DNA from: a bacterium
GTDB lineage: Bacteria > Patescibacteriota > UBA1384 > JAGGWG01
Length of the DNA: 64,000 nt
Assembly (NCBI GenBank): GCA_021157605.1
Contig: JAGGWG010000020.1
Coordinates: 1,110 to 65,109, forward strand
Reading direction: 5' to 3'
Shown: positions 28,671 through 37,665 of the stretch, piece by piece
How positions within the stretch are numbered: the stretch's first letter is position 1
Layout of the letters: every line of letters starts with the position of its first letter
Program-made: the position numbers and the translations under genes
Notes under the pieces: generated by a model
What the model saw: the letters and a program-made list of their open reading frames with translations, nothing else
Databases searched by the model: none
Told to the model about the DNA's origin: nothing

Positions 28671-29873
28671 TTAACTTATTGGCAATTGAACTAAGCCATA
28701 AATAGGCCCAAATACTGACCAAACCATTATTGCCACCCCTACAGCCAAAACTACAATTATAATTGGTTCCACCAAAGACACGACTTTTTTGACATAAGAA
28801 TCTGTTTTTTCCTGATAATACTGGGCCAAACGCAGAAACATCTTTTCTAAACTCCCTGTTTGTTCCCCAACACTAATAAGCTGGGATTCTAAAGTAGGAA
28901 AAACGCTTTCCTGTGCCAAAGAAGAACTAAAAGGCAAGCCTCTTTCTACTTTAGCCTTAATTCTATCTAAAGACTCTTTAATAATTAAAAAAGACATTGA
29001 GTTTTTAACTAAGTCAATCGCCTCTAAAATAGGGGTGGCAGATTTAAAAAGAAGATAGAAAAGACGATTAAGTCTAGCCATTTGGCTCCGCAGCAGCACG
29101 TCTTTAACTACAGGCAAAGAAAAAAGCAGTCTTTCTGTCCACATCTTTACTTTTTTACTGGAATTAATACACCAGTAAAAAAAGATGCCAATAACAATTA
29201 AACCTAAAAGCAATGCCCACCAATAATGGGCTAAAAACATACCTACTCCAACTACCAATTTTGTTTGCCAAGGAAGATCAACATTAGCTTCTTCAAAGAG
29301 TACTTTAATTCTAGGCACAAAATCAGTAATCACTAAAAAACCAACAACTAACATTGCTGCTACTACAAATATAGGGTAAAGAAGAGCTGACCAAAGTGAG
29401 CTGGAAAAATGTGCTTCATCCTCTAGGATTTTAGCTAAAGTCTCAAAAACCTCGGGCAGATTTCCTGAAGCCTCTCCTGAACGCACCACCGCAATAATTA
29501 CTGGTTCAAAAACATCACTATAGCTTTCCATAGCTTTACTCAAACTATTGCCAGCCCTTACCTGTTCGCCAACATTTCCGACTATTTCTTGAAAATACTT
29601 GTTTTGTGTCTCTGTTTCAATAATTGCTAAAGCTTTATCAATAGGAAAACCAGCCTTAAGCATGGTAGCTAACTGACGCATAAAAACAGCTTTTGCTCCA
29701 ACACTCACCTTTTTAAAAAAAGTAAAACTTCCCTCCTGTTTCTCTTTTATCCACAAAACCAAAAGACTTTGTTGTTCTAAATGCTTTTTGGCTGAAAGCG
29801 CATCTTGGGCTTCAATAACACCAGTTTGAATTGTTCCTTTTTTATCCTGAGCGCTGTAAAAAAAATTTTTCAT
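28671..29873 (-). CDS. pilC: Type IV pilus platform protein PilC (GspF family)
   Basis: 400 aa with two GspF-like repeats and three TM segments; sits between pilT and the pilin gene. Confidence 0.85.
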   Translation of the reverse strand: MKNFFYSAQDKKGTIQTGVIEAQDALSAKKHLEQQSLLVLWIKEKQEGSFTFFKKVSVGAKAVFMRQLATMLKAGFPIDKALAIIETETQNKYFQEIVGNVGEQVRAGNSLSKAMESYSDVFEPVIIAVVRSGEASGNLPEVFETLAKILEDEAHFSSSLWSALLYPIFVVAAMLVVGFLVITDFVPRIKVLFEEANVDLPWQTKLVVGVGMFLAHYWWALLLGLIVIGIFFYWCINSSKKVKMWTERLLFSLPVVKDVLLRSQMARLNRLFYLLFKSATPILEAIDLVKNSMSFLIIKESLDRIKAKVERGLPFSSSLAQESVFPTLESQLISVGEQTGSLEKMFLRLAQYYQEKTDSYVKKVVSLVEPIIIVVLAVGVAIMVWSVFGPIYGLVQLPIS

Positions 29874-29876
29874 AGT

Positions 29877-30980
29877 TTAGTAAAGTTCTTGTTTAAAAAC
29901 TTGGGGGTTTTCAGCCCAAACCAAAGCATCCTCAATCTTTACTTCACCCCTTTTGACCAACTCTATTAGGGTTTTATCCAAACTAATCATACCCTCAGCA
30001 AAAGAAGTTTGAATAATATTGGGAATCTGATGTGATTTACCTTCCCTAATGGCATTTCTTACAGCTACATTGGCAATCAAAACCTCACAAGCAACAATCC
30101 TACCCCCTTTAGTACGAGGCAAAAGGCGTTGAGAGATAACACCTAAAAGAGTGTTAGCTAGCTGCTGTCTAATTTGCCGCTGTTGATGTTCAGGAAAGAT
30201 ATCTACGATTCTATCTACTGTTTGAGCTGCGTTATTAGTATGCAAAGTAGTCAAAACTAAATGTCCGGTCTCAGCTAAAGTTAAAGTAGCTTCAGCACTA
30301 TCCTTATCTCTCATTTCTCCCAAAAAAATTACATTAGGATCTTCTCTTAAAGCTGAACGCAAAGCCCGTTTAAAAGAAAGGGTATCAGTATAAACCTCCC
30401 TTTGGGCAATAATTGATTTTTTATTTACAAAAACATACTCTATAGGATCCTCAACAGTAATAATATGTTCACTGCGGGTCTGATTAATGTATTCAAGCAT
30501 TGAAGCAATAGTGGTTGATTTTCCGTGCCCAGTAGGACCAACCACAATAAAAAGCCCTTGTTTGGCTGAAGCAAACTTTTCCAGAATCGGAGGCAAACTT
30601 AATTCAGCAAAACTCCTAATTTCTGAAGGGATAACTCTTAAAGAAACACTAACATCCCCTTTTTGACGAAAGATATTTACTCTCATTCGATGGTTGTCAA
30701 AAGCAAAAGAAAAATCAGCCTCCTTTTCCCGCTCAAACCTTTGCCTTTGCCAATCGTCCATAAAGGGAGAAACCATCTTTAGTATCTCTTCCGAAGTAAA
30801 TTTTGGAGTCTTTTGTACTACCAAATTACCGTTTATCCTAAAAACCGCCGGCATGCCCGGGAAAAAATGAACATCAGAGGCCTTGCTTTGGCAAGCCAAA
30901 TGAAATACCTCCTCTGCTTGAGCTTTGTAATTTGCCCCTTCTGCACTAGTAGGAGGGGAGGTGAAATTTTCTTTAACCAT
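29877..30980 (-). CDS. pilT: Type IV pilus retraction ATPase PilT
   Basis: Walker A VVGPTGHGKSTT and GHLVLTTLHTNNAAQTVDRIVDIFP (the PilT His-box region); 367 aa. Confidence 0.85.
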   Translation of the reverse strand: MVKENFTSPPTSAEGANYKAQAEEVFHLACQSKASDVHFFPGMPAVFRINGNLVVQKTPKFTSEEILKMVSPFMDDWQRQRFEREKEADFSFAFDNHRMRVNIFRQKGDVSVSLRVIPSEIRSFAELSLPPILEKFASAKQGLFIVVGPTGHGKSTTIASMLEYINQTRSEHIITVEDPIEYVFVNKKSIIAQREVYTDTLSFKRALRSALREDPNVIFLGEMRDKDSAEATLTLAETGHLVLTTLHTNNAAQTVDRIVDIFPEHQQRQIRQQLANTLLGVISQRLLPRTKGGRIVACEVLIANVAVRNAIREGKSHQIPNIIQTSFAEGMISLDKTLIELVKRGEVKIEDALVWAENPQVFKQELY

Positions 30981-31037
30981 ACCTAAGTATAATTTTATCC
31001 CACCGCTGACTTCTCTTTATCCACAGGTAAACTTATT

Positions 31038-32891
31038 CTAAAACTGCTCTTTTAGTTCTGCCCCCATAATTGAAACCCGCAAAGCCTCCTCTAATGTTGT
31101 TTCTCCTCTGGCAGCTTTAACTAAAGCATCTTCAAACATAGTCACCATACCTTTTTTTCTAGCTGCCCTTAAGATGTCTGTCCCCCTAACTCTTTGAGTA
31201 ATAAGTGCCTGTATTTCGTCATCTATCTCTATAGCCTCAAACACGCCAATTCGTCCCAAATACCCCTGATGGCAACGCGAATCCTCTATCCCTTTATAAA
31301 ATCTATAAGGAGGCTCGGGAATATCTAAACCGCTATTTTTAGGTATCTGTTTAATAATGCGAGCCACTTTTTCATAAAGAGCTTCAGGTATCTTTTCTTC
31401 AGTTTTGCCATAAGGGCAGATGCGTCTAACCAAACGCTGAGCTATAACTAAATTAATTGCAGAAGCAATCAAAAACGGCTCAATCCCCATATCAACTAAA
31501 CGTGGAATGGCGCCAGAAGCATTGTTGGTATGCAAAGTAGTCAAAACTAAATGGCCGGTCAAAGCCGCGTGGATTGCCATTTCTGCTGTTTCTTTATCCC
31601 TAATTTCACCAATCATAATAATATCTGGATCTTGCCTTAAAATCGACCGCAAACCAGAAGCAAAAGTAAAACCCGCCTGCGGTCTAATTTGTGACTGGGC
31701 AATACCTTCAATTTCATATTCAACTGGATCCTCTAAGGTGACAATATTAACTTCGGACCTGTTAATCATTGAAAGAGCTGCATAAAGAGTTGTTGTTTTT
31801 CCTGAACCAGTAGGGCCGGTAACAACCACCATGCCAAAAGGTTTTCTAATATTTTCTACCATATGCTCATAACTTGCCCCCCTTAAGCCAAGGGTTCTTA
31901 AATCCATCAATTTTTTTTCTTTTTCTAAAATGCGCATTACCACCTTTTCTCCATAAACAGTAGGCAAAGTGGAAATACGCAAATCAATTTTTTTCTCTCC
32001 AAACATCACACTAAAACGACCATCCTGAGGTTTTCTTCTCTCATCAATCCGAAGATCAGCCAAAATTTTGACACGGCTGACTAAAGCCGGAAGCAACTCC
32101 CTTTTAATCTCTGCTACCTGAGACAAAACTCCGTCAATACGATACCGGACTAAAACCTTATGAGAAAAAGGCTGAATATGGATATCTGAAGCTCTTTTAG
32201 AAATAGCAAAACTAATAATAGCAGCTATCATTTGGGGCACATAACCTTTAGCTAAAATATCTCGCAACTCCTGCACAGAACGCGGCTGCTCAACTAATAA
32301 TTTTTCTAAAGATGCCAACGCCTCCTTTTTTGTAGTATCAACAGCTGAAACTTGAGATTTTTTTGTGATCACCCGAGAAACAATATGAGCTGCACCGGCT
32401 TTCTTTTTAAGAATTTCTTTTTTGTAGTCTTTTATAGTTTTTTCTATTTGCGAAGGCAAAGCTCCATAAACCTCTAACTTAACTCTATTCTTATCCTCTA
32501 TATACCTGACCAATGCCCGAACTGCAGGATGCGTAGGCCAAGCAGTAGCTACTTTGTAAACCTTATCCCCCAAATGCTCAAATACTAAAATTTTGTACTT
32601 CTTAGCGATATCTAAAGGTATTTTTTTTAAAAGTTCTTTTGGTTTATGACTATAAAGATTTATTTCAGACACATTAGCTATCTGGCAAAGCACCTTGAGT
32701 ATCTCTCTTTCTCTCTGGCTAAACTTAGTGTATAAAATCTCTTCTAAGCGGTGGTTTTCTTTTTGTTTTATTCTCCTTAAAAGCTCTATCTCTTCTGGAC
32801 TAAAAACTCTTTGCTTTTCTAAGGCCAAAATTATCTCCTCCTCTTGGTCAATAGCCTTTTGGGGACGCAAAGATATCACTTTATTCAACAT
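31038..32891 (-). CDS. pilB: Type IV pilus assembly ATPase PilB (GspE family)
   Basis: N-terminal GSPII_E_N-like region, Walker A VVVTGPTGSGKTTTLYA, GHLVLTTLHTNNASGAIPRLVDMGIEPFLIASA, and a C-terminal tetracysteine-like region. Confidence 0.85.
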   Translation of the reverse strand: MLNKVISLRPQKAIDQEEEIILALEKQRVFSPEEIELLRRIKQKENHRLEEILYTKFSQREREILKVLCQIANVSEINLYSHKPKELLKKIPLDIAKKYKILVFEHLGDKVYKVATAWPTHPAVRALVRYIEDKNRVKLEVYGALPSQIEKTIKDYKKEILKKKAGAAHIVSRVITKKSQVSAVDTTKKEALASLEKLLVEQPRSVQELRDILAKGYVPQMIAAIISFAISKRASDIHIQPFSHKVLVRYRIDGVLSQVAEIKRELLPALVSRVKILADLRIDERRKPQDGRFSVMFGEKKIDLRISTLPTVYGEKVVMRILEKEKKLMDLRTLGLRGASYEHMVENIRKPFGMVVVTGPTGSGKTTTLYAALSMINRSEVNIVTLEDPVEYEIEGIAQSQIRPQAGFTFASGLRSILRQDPDIIMIGEIRDKETAEMAIHAALTGHLVLTTLHTNNASGAIPRLVDMGIEPFLIASAINLVIAQRLVRRICPYGKTEEKIPEALYEKVARIIKQIPKNSGLDIPEPPYRFYKGIEDSRCHQGYLGRIGVFEAIEIDDEIQALITQRVRGTDILRAARKKGMVTMFEDALVKAARGETTLEEALRVSIMGAELKEQF

Positions 32892-32958
32892 TGTTCTAAT
32901 TATACCATCTTTTCCTTTTCAAAACTTTTATATCACGGGTTCCAAAAAAGAAAAAAAC

Positions 32959-33174
32959 CTATTGAAAAGGATTTGTTTTGCCAATCTGCTCAGCTGAATA
33001 AGTAATGGGAAGATTGGTATAGGAAGATCTATTTTTTAATTCAGAAACTGTTTTTTCTTTTTGCACTGAAACATAGGAAGTATTGGTTTCCTCGGGACGG
33101 GAAAACCAATAAAGCAAAACCACAGCTGCTACCCCAATAATAGCCAACAGGATAAAATTTCCAGTTTTTTTCAT
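32959..33174 (-). CDS. Small bitopic membrane protein (71 aa) between pilO-like and pilB; possible PilP-like accessory protein
   Basis: Single N-terminal TM (FILLAIIGVAAVVLLYWF); position only. Confidence 0.3.
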   Translation of the reverse strand: MKKTGNFILLAIIGVAAVVLLYWFSRPEETNTSYVSVQKEKTVSELKNRSSYTNLPITYSAEQIGKTNPFQ

Positions 33175-33179
33175 AAATT

Positions 33180-33713
33180 TTATTTAGCTAAATAGTAAAC
33201 TATTAATTTAAAATTAGCACTCAAATTGCCATCAAGATTCTTAGAAAGAGTAAGGCTATCTATACGAGAAACACGTTTTATTTTTTCTAAACGAGAGATA
33301 AAATTTTTAAGATTATTATAGCTTCCTTCTGCAGTTATGGTTAACTCATAAGAAGTAATGGTCCCTTTTTTAGCTGAATTGGCAGAATAATCTAAAGAAG
33401 GAGAAAAATCACTTAAGCCCACTTGTGACTTAAAGGCAGCTGCCTCAATACTGGACAATAACTCTGCTGTCGCTGAACTATCAGGAAGAGCTATCTGTAA
33501 TTCTTGTTGGAAAGTACTTTCTTTTATCTTTTCACTTAAAGCACGAGTAAAATCTTGGCGCGCCTCCCAATTGACTAGTTCTTGTTTTGTTTCTCCTAAT
33601 TCTTGACCAGAAGCAAAAAGCAATTTTGCTCCTTGGAAAATACCAAAATAAAGTACTACTATGCCTAAAACAACTAAACCGATTGATACCAAACTTGATT
33701 TATTAAACCTCAT
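33180..33713 (-). CDS. PilO-like pilus alignment protein (bitopic)
   Basis: N-terminal TM, 177 aa, immediately downstream of the PilN-like gene; assigned from size, topology and position, not from a motif. Confidence 0.4.
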   Translation of the reverse strand: MRFNKSSLVSIGLVVLGIVVLYFGIFQGAKLLFASGQELGETKQELVNWEARQDFTRALSEKIKESTFQQELQIALPDSSATAELLSSIEAAAFKSQVGLSDFSPSLDYSANSAKKGTITSYELTITAEGSYNNLKNFISRLEKIKRVSRIDSLTLSKNLDGNLSANFKLIVYYLAK

Positions 33714-33714
33714 T

Positions 33715-34239
33715 TTAAAGTTTAGATTCTAAAATAAAAGAAACAATCACTTTACCGTTTTCTGCTGAATGGTTGGCTTCCCTAACCTCTACATTATCTA
33801 ATAATGCACTCTGCTGTTTTAAAGCGGTAGCAAAAAGAGGCACAGAACGGTAATCAGTAGTAATCCCACCAATAATTAACTTATCCTTCTCAATCTCTAT
33901 TGAAGAAAGAACAGTATTTTTGGGAATAGATTTTTCAATATCAGCGAGAAGTTTGCTCACCACTGGCTGACCATACAAAGTAGCTAACTTGCCTATTCGG
34001 CCTTCCAATTGAGAAAGCTCTTCCTCATCAACCTGAGCATAAACCTCAGCTTTGATTGACTGAATTTTTGAATTTTGACGCTGAACAACAATCATCCTCC
34101 AAGCATATCCTAACCAAATAATTAAAGCTAAAGCCAAAAAATATATTACCCCTCCTACTAAAAGACGGTTATCTCCTGATAATGTTAATTTTTTCTCTGT
34201 TTCTTCCATTCTGTCTTTTATTATACTAAATTTCGCCAA
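33715..34239 (-). CDS. PilN-like pilus alignment protein (short cytoplasmic N-terminus, TM, coiled-coil)
   Basis: ~24-aa cytoplasmic N-terminus, then a TM (LLVGGVIYFLALALIIWLGY), then a predicted coiled-coil; first gene after the vWA gene. Confidence 0.4.
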   Translation of the reverse strand: MAKFSIIKDRMEETEKKLTLSGDNRLLVGGVIYFLALALIIWLGYAWRMIVVQRQNSKIQSIKAEVYAQVDEEELSQLEGRIGKLATLYGQPVVSKLLADIEKSIPKNTVLSSIEIEKDKLIIGGITTDYRSVPLFATALKQQSALLDNVEVREANHSAENGKVIVSFILESKL

Positions 34240-34260
34240 TTTAAGTTATCCACACCAACT

Positions 34261-36480
34261 TTATTCGGAAGGTGGGTAATAAAGATATATTTTTTCTAAC
34301 AAAGGAGAAAGTCCAGGGATATCACGCCAATAAGCCTCTTTATCTCTTCCCTGAATTTCAACATTGCCTTCAATCTTTTTAGCAATAAAAGCCCCTAAAA
34401 GATTAACTGGCGACTGAACCTTTATTGTTCCTCCGATATCCCCATAGGGCAAAACAATAAATACACCGCGCGCGCAGCTTATATCAGAAGATAAATTTAA
34501 ATTTCCTCCCCAAACTAAAACGCCAAAAGTTTTTTCACAAACAGCACTCGCTAAATCAGAACTCAAAATATATTCTCTACCCGGCGAACTTCTGGAATCA
34601 AGAATATAAAGCCTGCCTGAACGCAAAGTCAAACCATCCAAACTATCAACTACCTTTATACCTGTCGGCTGCTCACTGAGAAAATATTCCAAAATTCCAC
34701 TTACCTCTTTTTGAAATCGTTGTGAAGCAGAATAACTCTCTTCCTCAAAATCATAATCACGCAAAAGAGCCAAACTGCCTTGGGGATAATGAAAACTGCT
34801 ATTAGCAGAAAGCACAACCAAATCAGCTCTCAAGGGAATATCCTGACTTTCTAAATATATATCACCTTGACCTGAAATTCCGGGAGAAACAAGAAGGTTG
34901 TATTGGGGCAAACTGTTTTCCTCCAAACGACCTTCCTGAGAAGCAAACCACTGTATTTTAGAACCAGCACAATCCACACATCCGGAACCTAAAGCACTAT
35001 CTTTAATAGAAAAATATATCTTTAAATTTAAGTTTTCAAATATGGTATCTTCTGGAAAAACAATCTCTAACTGCCCATTATTCTCATTTACACTATCAGG
35101 CACAACCTGAACTCCACCGGCAAAAGCCTCAACACTATTAAAAGTAAGCAAAGATGGGGAAAAACTTTCCACTACTTTTATGCCTCCCGTACCACTCAAA
35201 GCTTCTAATATCTGGCGGAAAATACTCTCAATGTTTTCACTTCCTTGAGGAATATAGTAGTACATTCCTCCAGTTTCAAAAGATAAGCCATTTAAAAGAT
35301 TAAATTTGACACCTGGCAAAGGCAAATCTGTCTTGACCAAAGAATATTGGATTCCTGACCTTTCCCTAACTTCAAAAACCGCACTTCTGTCTCCGCCTCT
35401 ACCATCAATGCTGCCTGGACACACAGAAGACGGACAGTTATAAATAGGATGAATAGATGTTAAAGACGAGGATTCTCTCGGAGGGCTCCCATCCGCATCT
35501 TCGCCATAACCTACATTGTATAATTTAATATTATCGCTCTTAAGCGCCTCAATTAATTCTAAGGAATTAGCTGGCGGATGATTGGTGTCACAATCATAAT
35601 GCGGATTCCGACTAGGATTCTCAAGATATCTCTTAAAATCCCAATTTTCTGTGCAGGCATACTGAGGATTGTTTTGATTTAAATAACAAGCGCTTTCATT
35701 CCCCGGACTAGGATTAGCAATATAAAATATATTTTCTTTACCCTGTCTGCCATCTGTAAAATTTAAAATTACTTTTTTGGCTGAATTATTTTTTACCTTG
35801 TTATTAAACAACCTTAATCCTTCTGAAAGTCCCCACCCCATTGCTGTCTGGTGGCATTTGCGATCAGCAATACGGTCTTCGGTAATTTTCTCAACTTGCT
35901 GACGTAAACTACTAACTTGAGAAGTAAAATTAATTTCTTCTACCCAATTAGGGTTATTATAGGTCTCTTTCCATTCACCGTTATAATAACCAATCATTGT
36001 GTCATAACGCAGTAAAGCCACCCTTATCTTTGTTGAAGAAGTTCTTCTTAAATTAATTTGCTCTAAACTATCCAAAAAAGTTAATAAACCTTCCTGTGCC
36101 GCTTCCATTTTACTCCGACAACTCTCGTTTAATTCCCTTCCATCTTCACATTTATTGGTCATAGACCAACTACTATCTACCAAAAGAAGTAAATAAGTCT
36201 CCTGGGCTTCTTTTTTTAATGGTTCTATTTCTAAATCAATCTGAATATTAGCTCTATTTCTTACTTCATTAGTTGTGGAGGAAGAAAGGAGACGGTTTTG
36301 CCCTCGATAAACCTCGTAAACACTCTTAGCAAAAACAGGGAGCTCACCCTCTTCTATTCCTTCTTCTGAAAAAAGAAAAAGATGCGCTGCTGGCGGTGGA
36401 ACCATTCCTAAAACTGTATTAGAGGACAACATCAAAAATAAAGCTACTGCTAAAACAAACAATTTTTTAAAACTATGCAT
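34261..36480 (-). CDS. Secreted von Willebrand factor A (MIDAS) domain protein, 739 aa, at the head of the pilus operon (candidate pilus-associated adhesin)
   Basis: Signal peptide MHSFKKLFVLAVALFLMLSSNTVLG; LLLVDSSWSM contains the DxSxS MIDAS motif. The large C-terminal region is rich in short repeated beta-like segments and carries many Cys. Confidence 0.65.
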   Translation of the reverse strand: MHSFKKLFVLAVALFLMLSSNTVLGMVPPPAAHLFLFSEEGIEEGELPVFAKSVYEVYRGQNRLLSSSTTNEVRNRANIQIDLEIEPLKKEAQETYLLLLVDSSWSMTNKCEDGRELNESCRSKMEAAQEGLLTFLDSLEQINLRRTSSTKIRVALLRYDTMIGYYNGEWKETYNNPNWVEEINFTSQVSSLRQQVEKITEDRIADRKCHQTAMGWGLSEGLRLFNNKVKNNSAKKVILNFTDGRQGKENIFYIANPSPGNESACYLNQNNPQYACTENWDFKRYLENPSRNPHYDCDTNHPPANSLELIEALKSDNIKLYNVGYGEDADGSPPRESSSLTSIHPIYNCPSSVCPGSIDGRGGDRSAVFEVRERSGIQYSLVKTDLPLPGVKFNLLNGLSFETGGMYYYIPQGSENIESIFRQILEALSGTGGIKVVESFSPSLLTFNSVEAFAGGVQVVPDSVNENNGQLEIVFPEDTIFENLNLKIYFSIKDSALGSGCVDCAGSKIQWFASQEGRLEENSLPQYNLLVSPGISGQGDIYLESQDIPLRADLVVLSANSSFHYPQGSLALLRDYDFEEESYSASQRFQKEVSGILEYFLSEQPTGIKVVDSLDGLTLRSGRLYILDSRSSPGREYILSSDLASAVCEKTFGVLVWGGNLNLSSDISCARGVFIVLPYGDIGGTIKVQSPVNLLGAFIAKKIEGNVEIQGRDKEAYWRDIPGLSPLLEKIYLYYPPSE

Positions 36481-36540
36481 TAAGTCAATTATAGCAGAAC
36501 TAAAAAAATATTAAAAAGTGGAATAAAAAACTACCTTACT

Positions 36541-37008
36541 TTACTTTTTAAACCCCACCCATTTAGCTAATTCATCCAACTCTCGTACCCCTACTTTTGC
36601 TTCCCCTTTATACTTCCAAGTAGGCACTCCCTCAATTTGCGCCTGATTACACACAGCCATATTTTCTTCAAAATAGCAATCTATACTCTTTAGATATTTT
36701 TGCGCTTCCCCAAACATCTCCAATTGATCATGGCAATGAGGACAACTATTTCCATAGTAAAGCACCACACCTTTCTCTGCTAAAAACTTTGCCAACCTCT
36801 CTTTATCTTTGTTGCTCCAATCAGCTGAATAGTTCTGCTCCTCATTATTGCTTTCTAACGGACCCGTTACTTCGCCAGCAACATTTTGGGTAGATTTGCT
36901 TTTAATATACCAATACATACCGCCAACAGCAGCCAAAAAAATAATAAAAAAACCTAACACTGCCAAACCAATTCGCTCACCAATCTTATCTGCTTGTTTC
37001 TTTTTCAT
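36541..37008 (-). CDS. Membrane-anchored thioredoxin-fold thiol-disulfide oxidoreductase (CPHC active site, DsbA-like)
   Basis: YYGNSCPHCHDQ active site preceded by an N-terminal TM. The track ORF extends to 37062, but that extension overlaps tRNA-Trp, so the start is taken at the internal Met (cat at 37006-37008). Confidence 0.7.
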   Translation of the reverse strand: MKKKQADKIGERIGLAVLGFFIIFLAAVGGMYWYIKSKSTQNVAGEVTGPLESNNEEQNYSADWSNKDKERLAKFLAEKGVVLYYGNSCPHCHDQLEMFGEAQKYLKSIDCYFEENMAVCNQAQIEGVPTWKYKGEAKVGVRELDELAKWVGFKK

Positions 37009-37035
37009 AAAAGGAATTGTTTTAAAAATAACAAA

Positions 37036-37107
37036 CAGGAGCGGGAGGACTCGAACCCCCAACTCCGGTTTTGGAGACCGGCAGTTTACCAGTTAGCCTA
37101 CGCTCCC
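37036..37107 (-). tRNA. tRNA-Trp(CCA): tRNA-Trp (anticodon CCA)
   Basis: Reverse complement folds as a cloverleaf GGGAGCG/...CCGGT-CTCCAAA-ACCGG.../TTCGAGT T-loop, with anticodon CCA; 72 nt, CCA tail not encoded. Confidence 0.85.
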
Positions 37108-37129
37108 ATTATTAAAACTTAATTTTTAA

Positions 37130-37312
37130 CTACCTTACTTCCTCATGTAGTGTTCTTTGACGGCAAACAGAACAATACTTTTTAAGTCTAAGCTTCTCTT
37201 GTTCTTGCACTAAACGCCGCGACTTACTTACGCGGTAATTTAAGCGCTTGCATTTTTGACAAGCTAATTTTACCAAATTTTTCTTTTCCTTTTTTGCTGT
37301 TGCTTCTGCCAT
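37130..37312 (-). CDS. rpmG: 50S ribosomal protein L33
   Basis: LACQKCKRLNYRVSK...KKYCSVCRQRTLHEE matches the L33 zinc-ribbon pattern (LAC..C..RNY...K......KKYC..C..HT.H.E); lies directly upstream of tRNA-Trp, the conserved arrangement. Confidence 0.85.
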   Translation of the reverse strand: MAEATAKKEKKNLVKLACQKCKRLNYRVSKSRRLVQEQEKLRLKKYCSVCRQRTLHEEVR

Positions 37313-37378
37313 AACTAATTTTTATTTTATCTAATTGATTTTAATTAGCAACCAAAAGATACCCTCCTTTGATTATTT

Positions 37379-37464
37379 TGCCCGGGGAGGGAGTCGAACC
37401 CTCACGTCCGCAAGCGGACAAGGGATTTTAAGTCCCTTGCGTCTACCAATTCCGCCACCCGGGC
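37379..37464 (-). tRNA. tRNA-Leu(TAA): tRNA-Leu (anticodon TAA)
   Basis: 86-nt cloverleaf on the reverse strand: acceptor GCCCGGG, anticodon arm AGGGA-CTTAAAA-TCCCT, long variable arm, T-loop TTCGACT, discriminator A. Confidence 0.85.
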
Positions 37465-37549
37465 ACAAAACCTCTGGACAAAGGGCCTTAAATTTTTTAA
37501 TGCCACCCAAATCAATCTCTTTAATTCCGTTTAGGCATCCTATTCTTTT

Positions 37550-37633
37550 TGGGGAGGGCAGGATTCGAACCTGCGTAGCCACAAGGGCGCCAGTTTTACA
37601 GACTGGTGCGTTTGACCACTCCGCCACCTCCCC
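37550..37633 (-). tRNA. tRNA-Tyr(GTA): tRNA-Tyr (anticodon GTA)
   Basis: 84-nt cloverleaf on the reverse strand: acceptor GGGGAGG, anticodon arm CCAGT-CTGTAAA-ACTGG, long variable arm (bacterial Tyr type), T-loop TTCGAAT. Confidence 0.85.
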
Positions 37634-37665
37634 GGAAAAAATACTCTCACTTTAAGATCCCTTTT

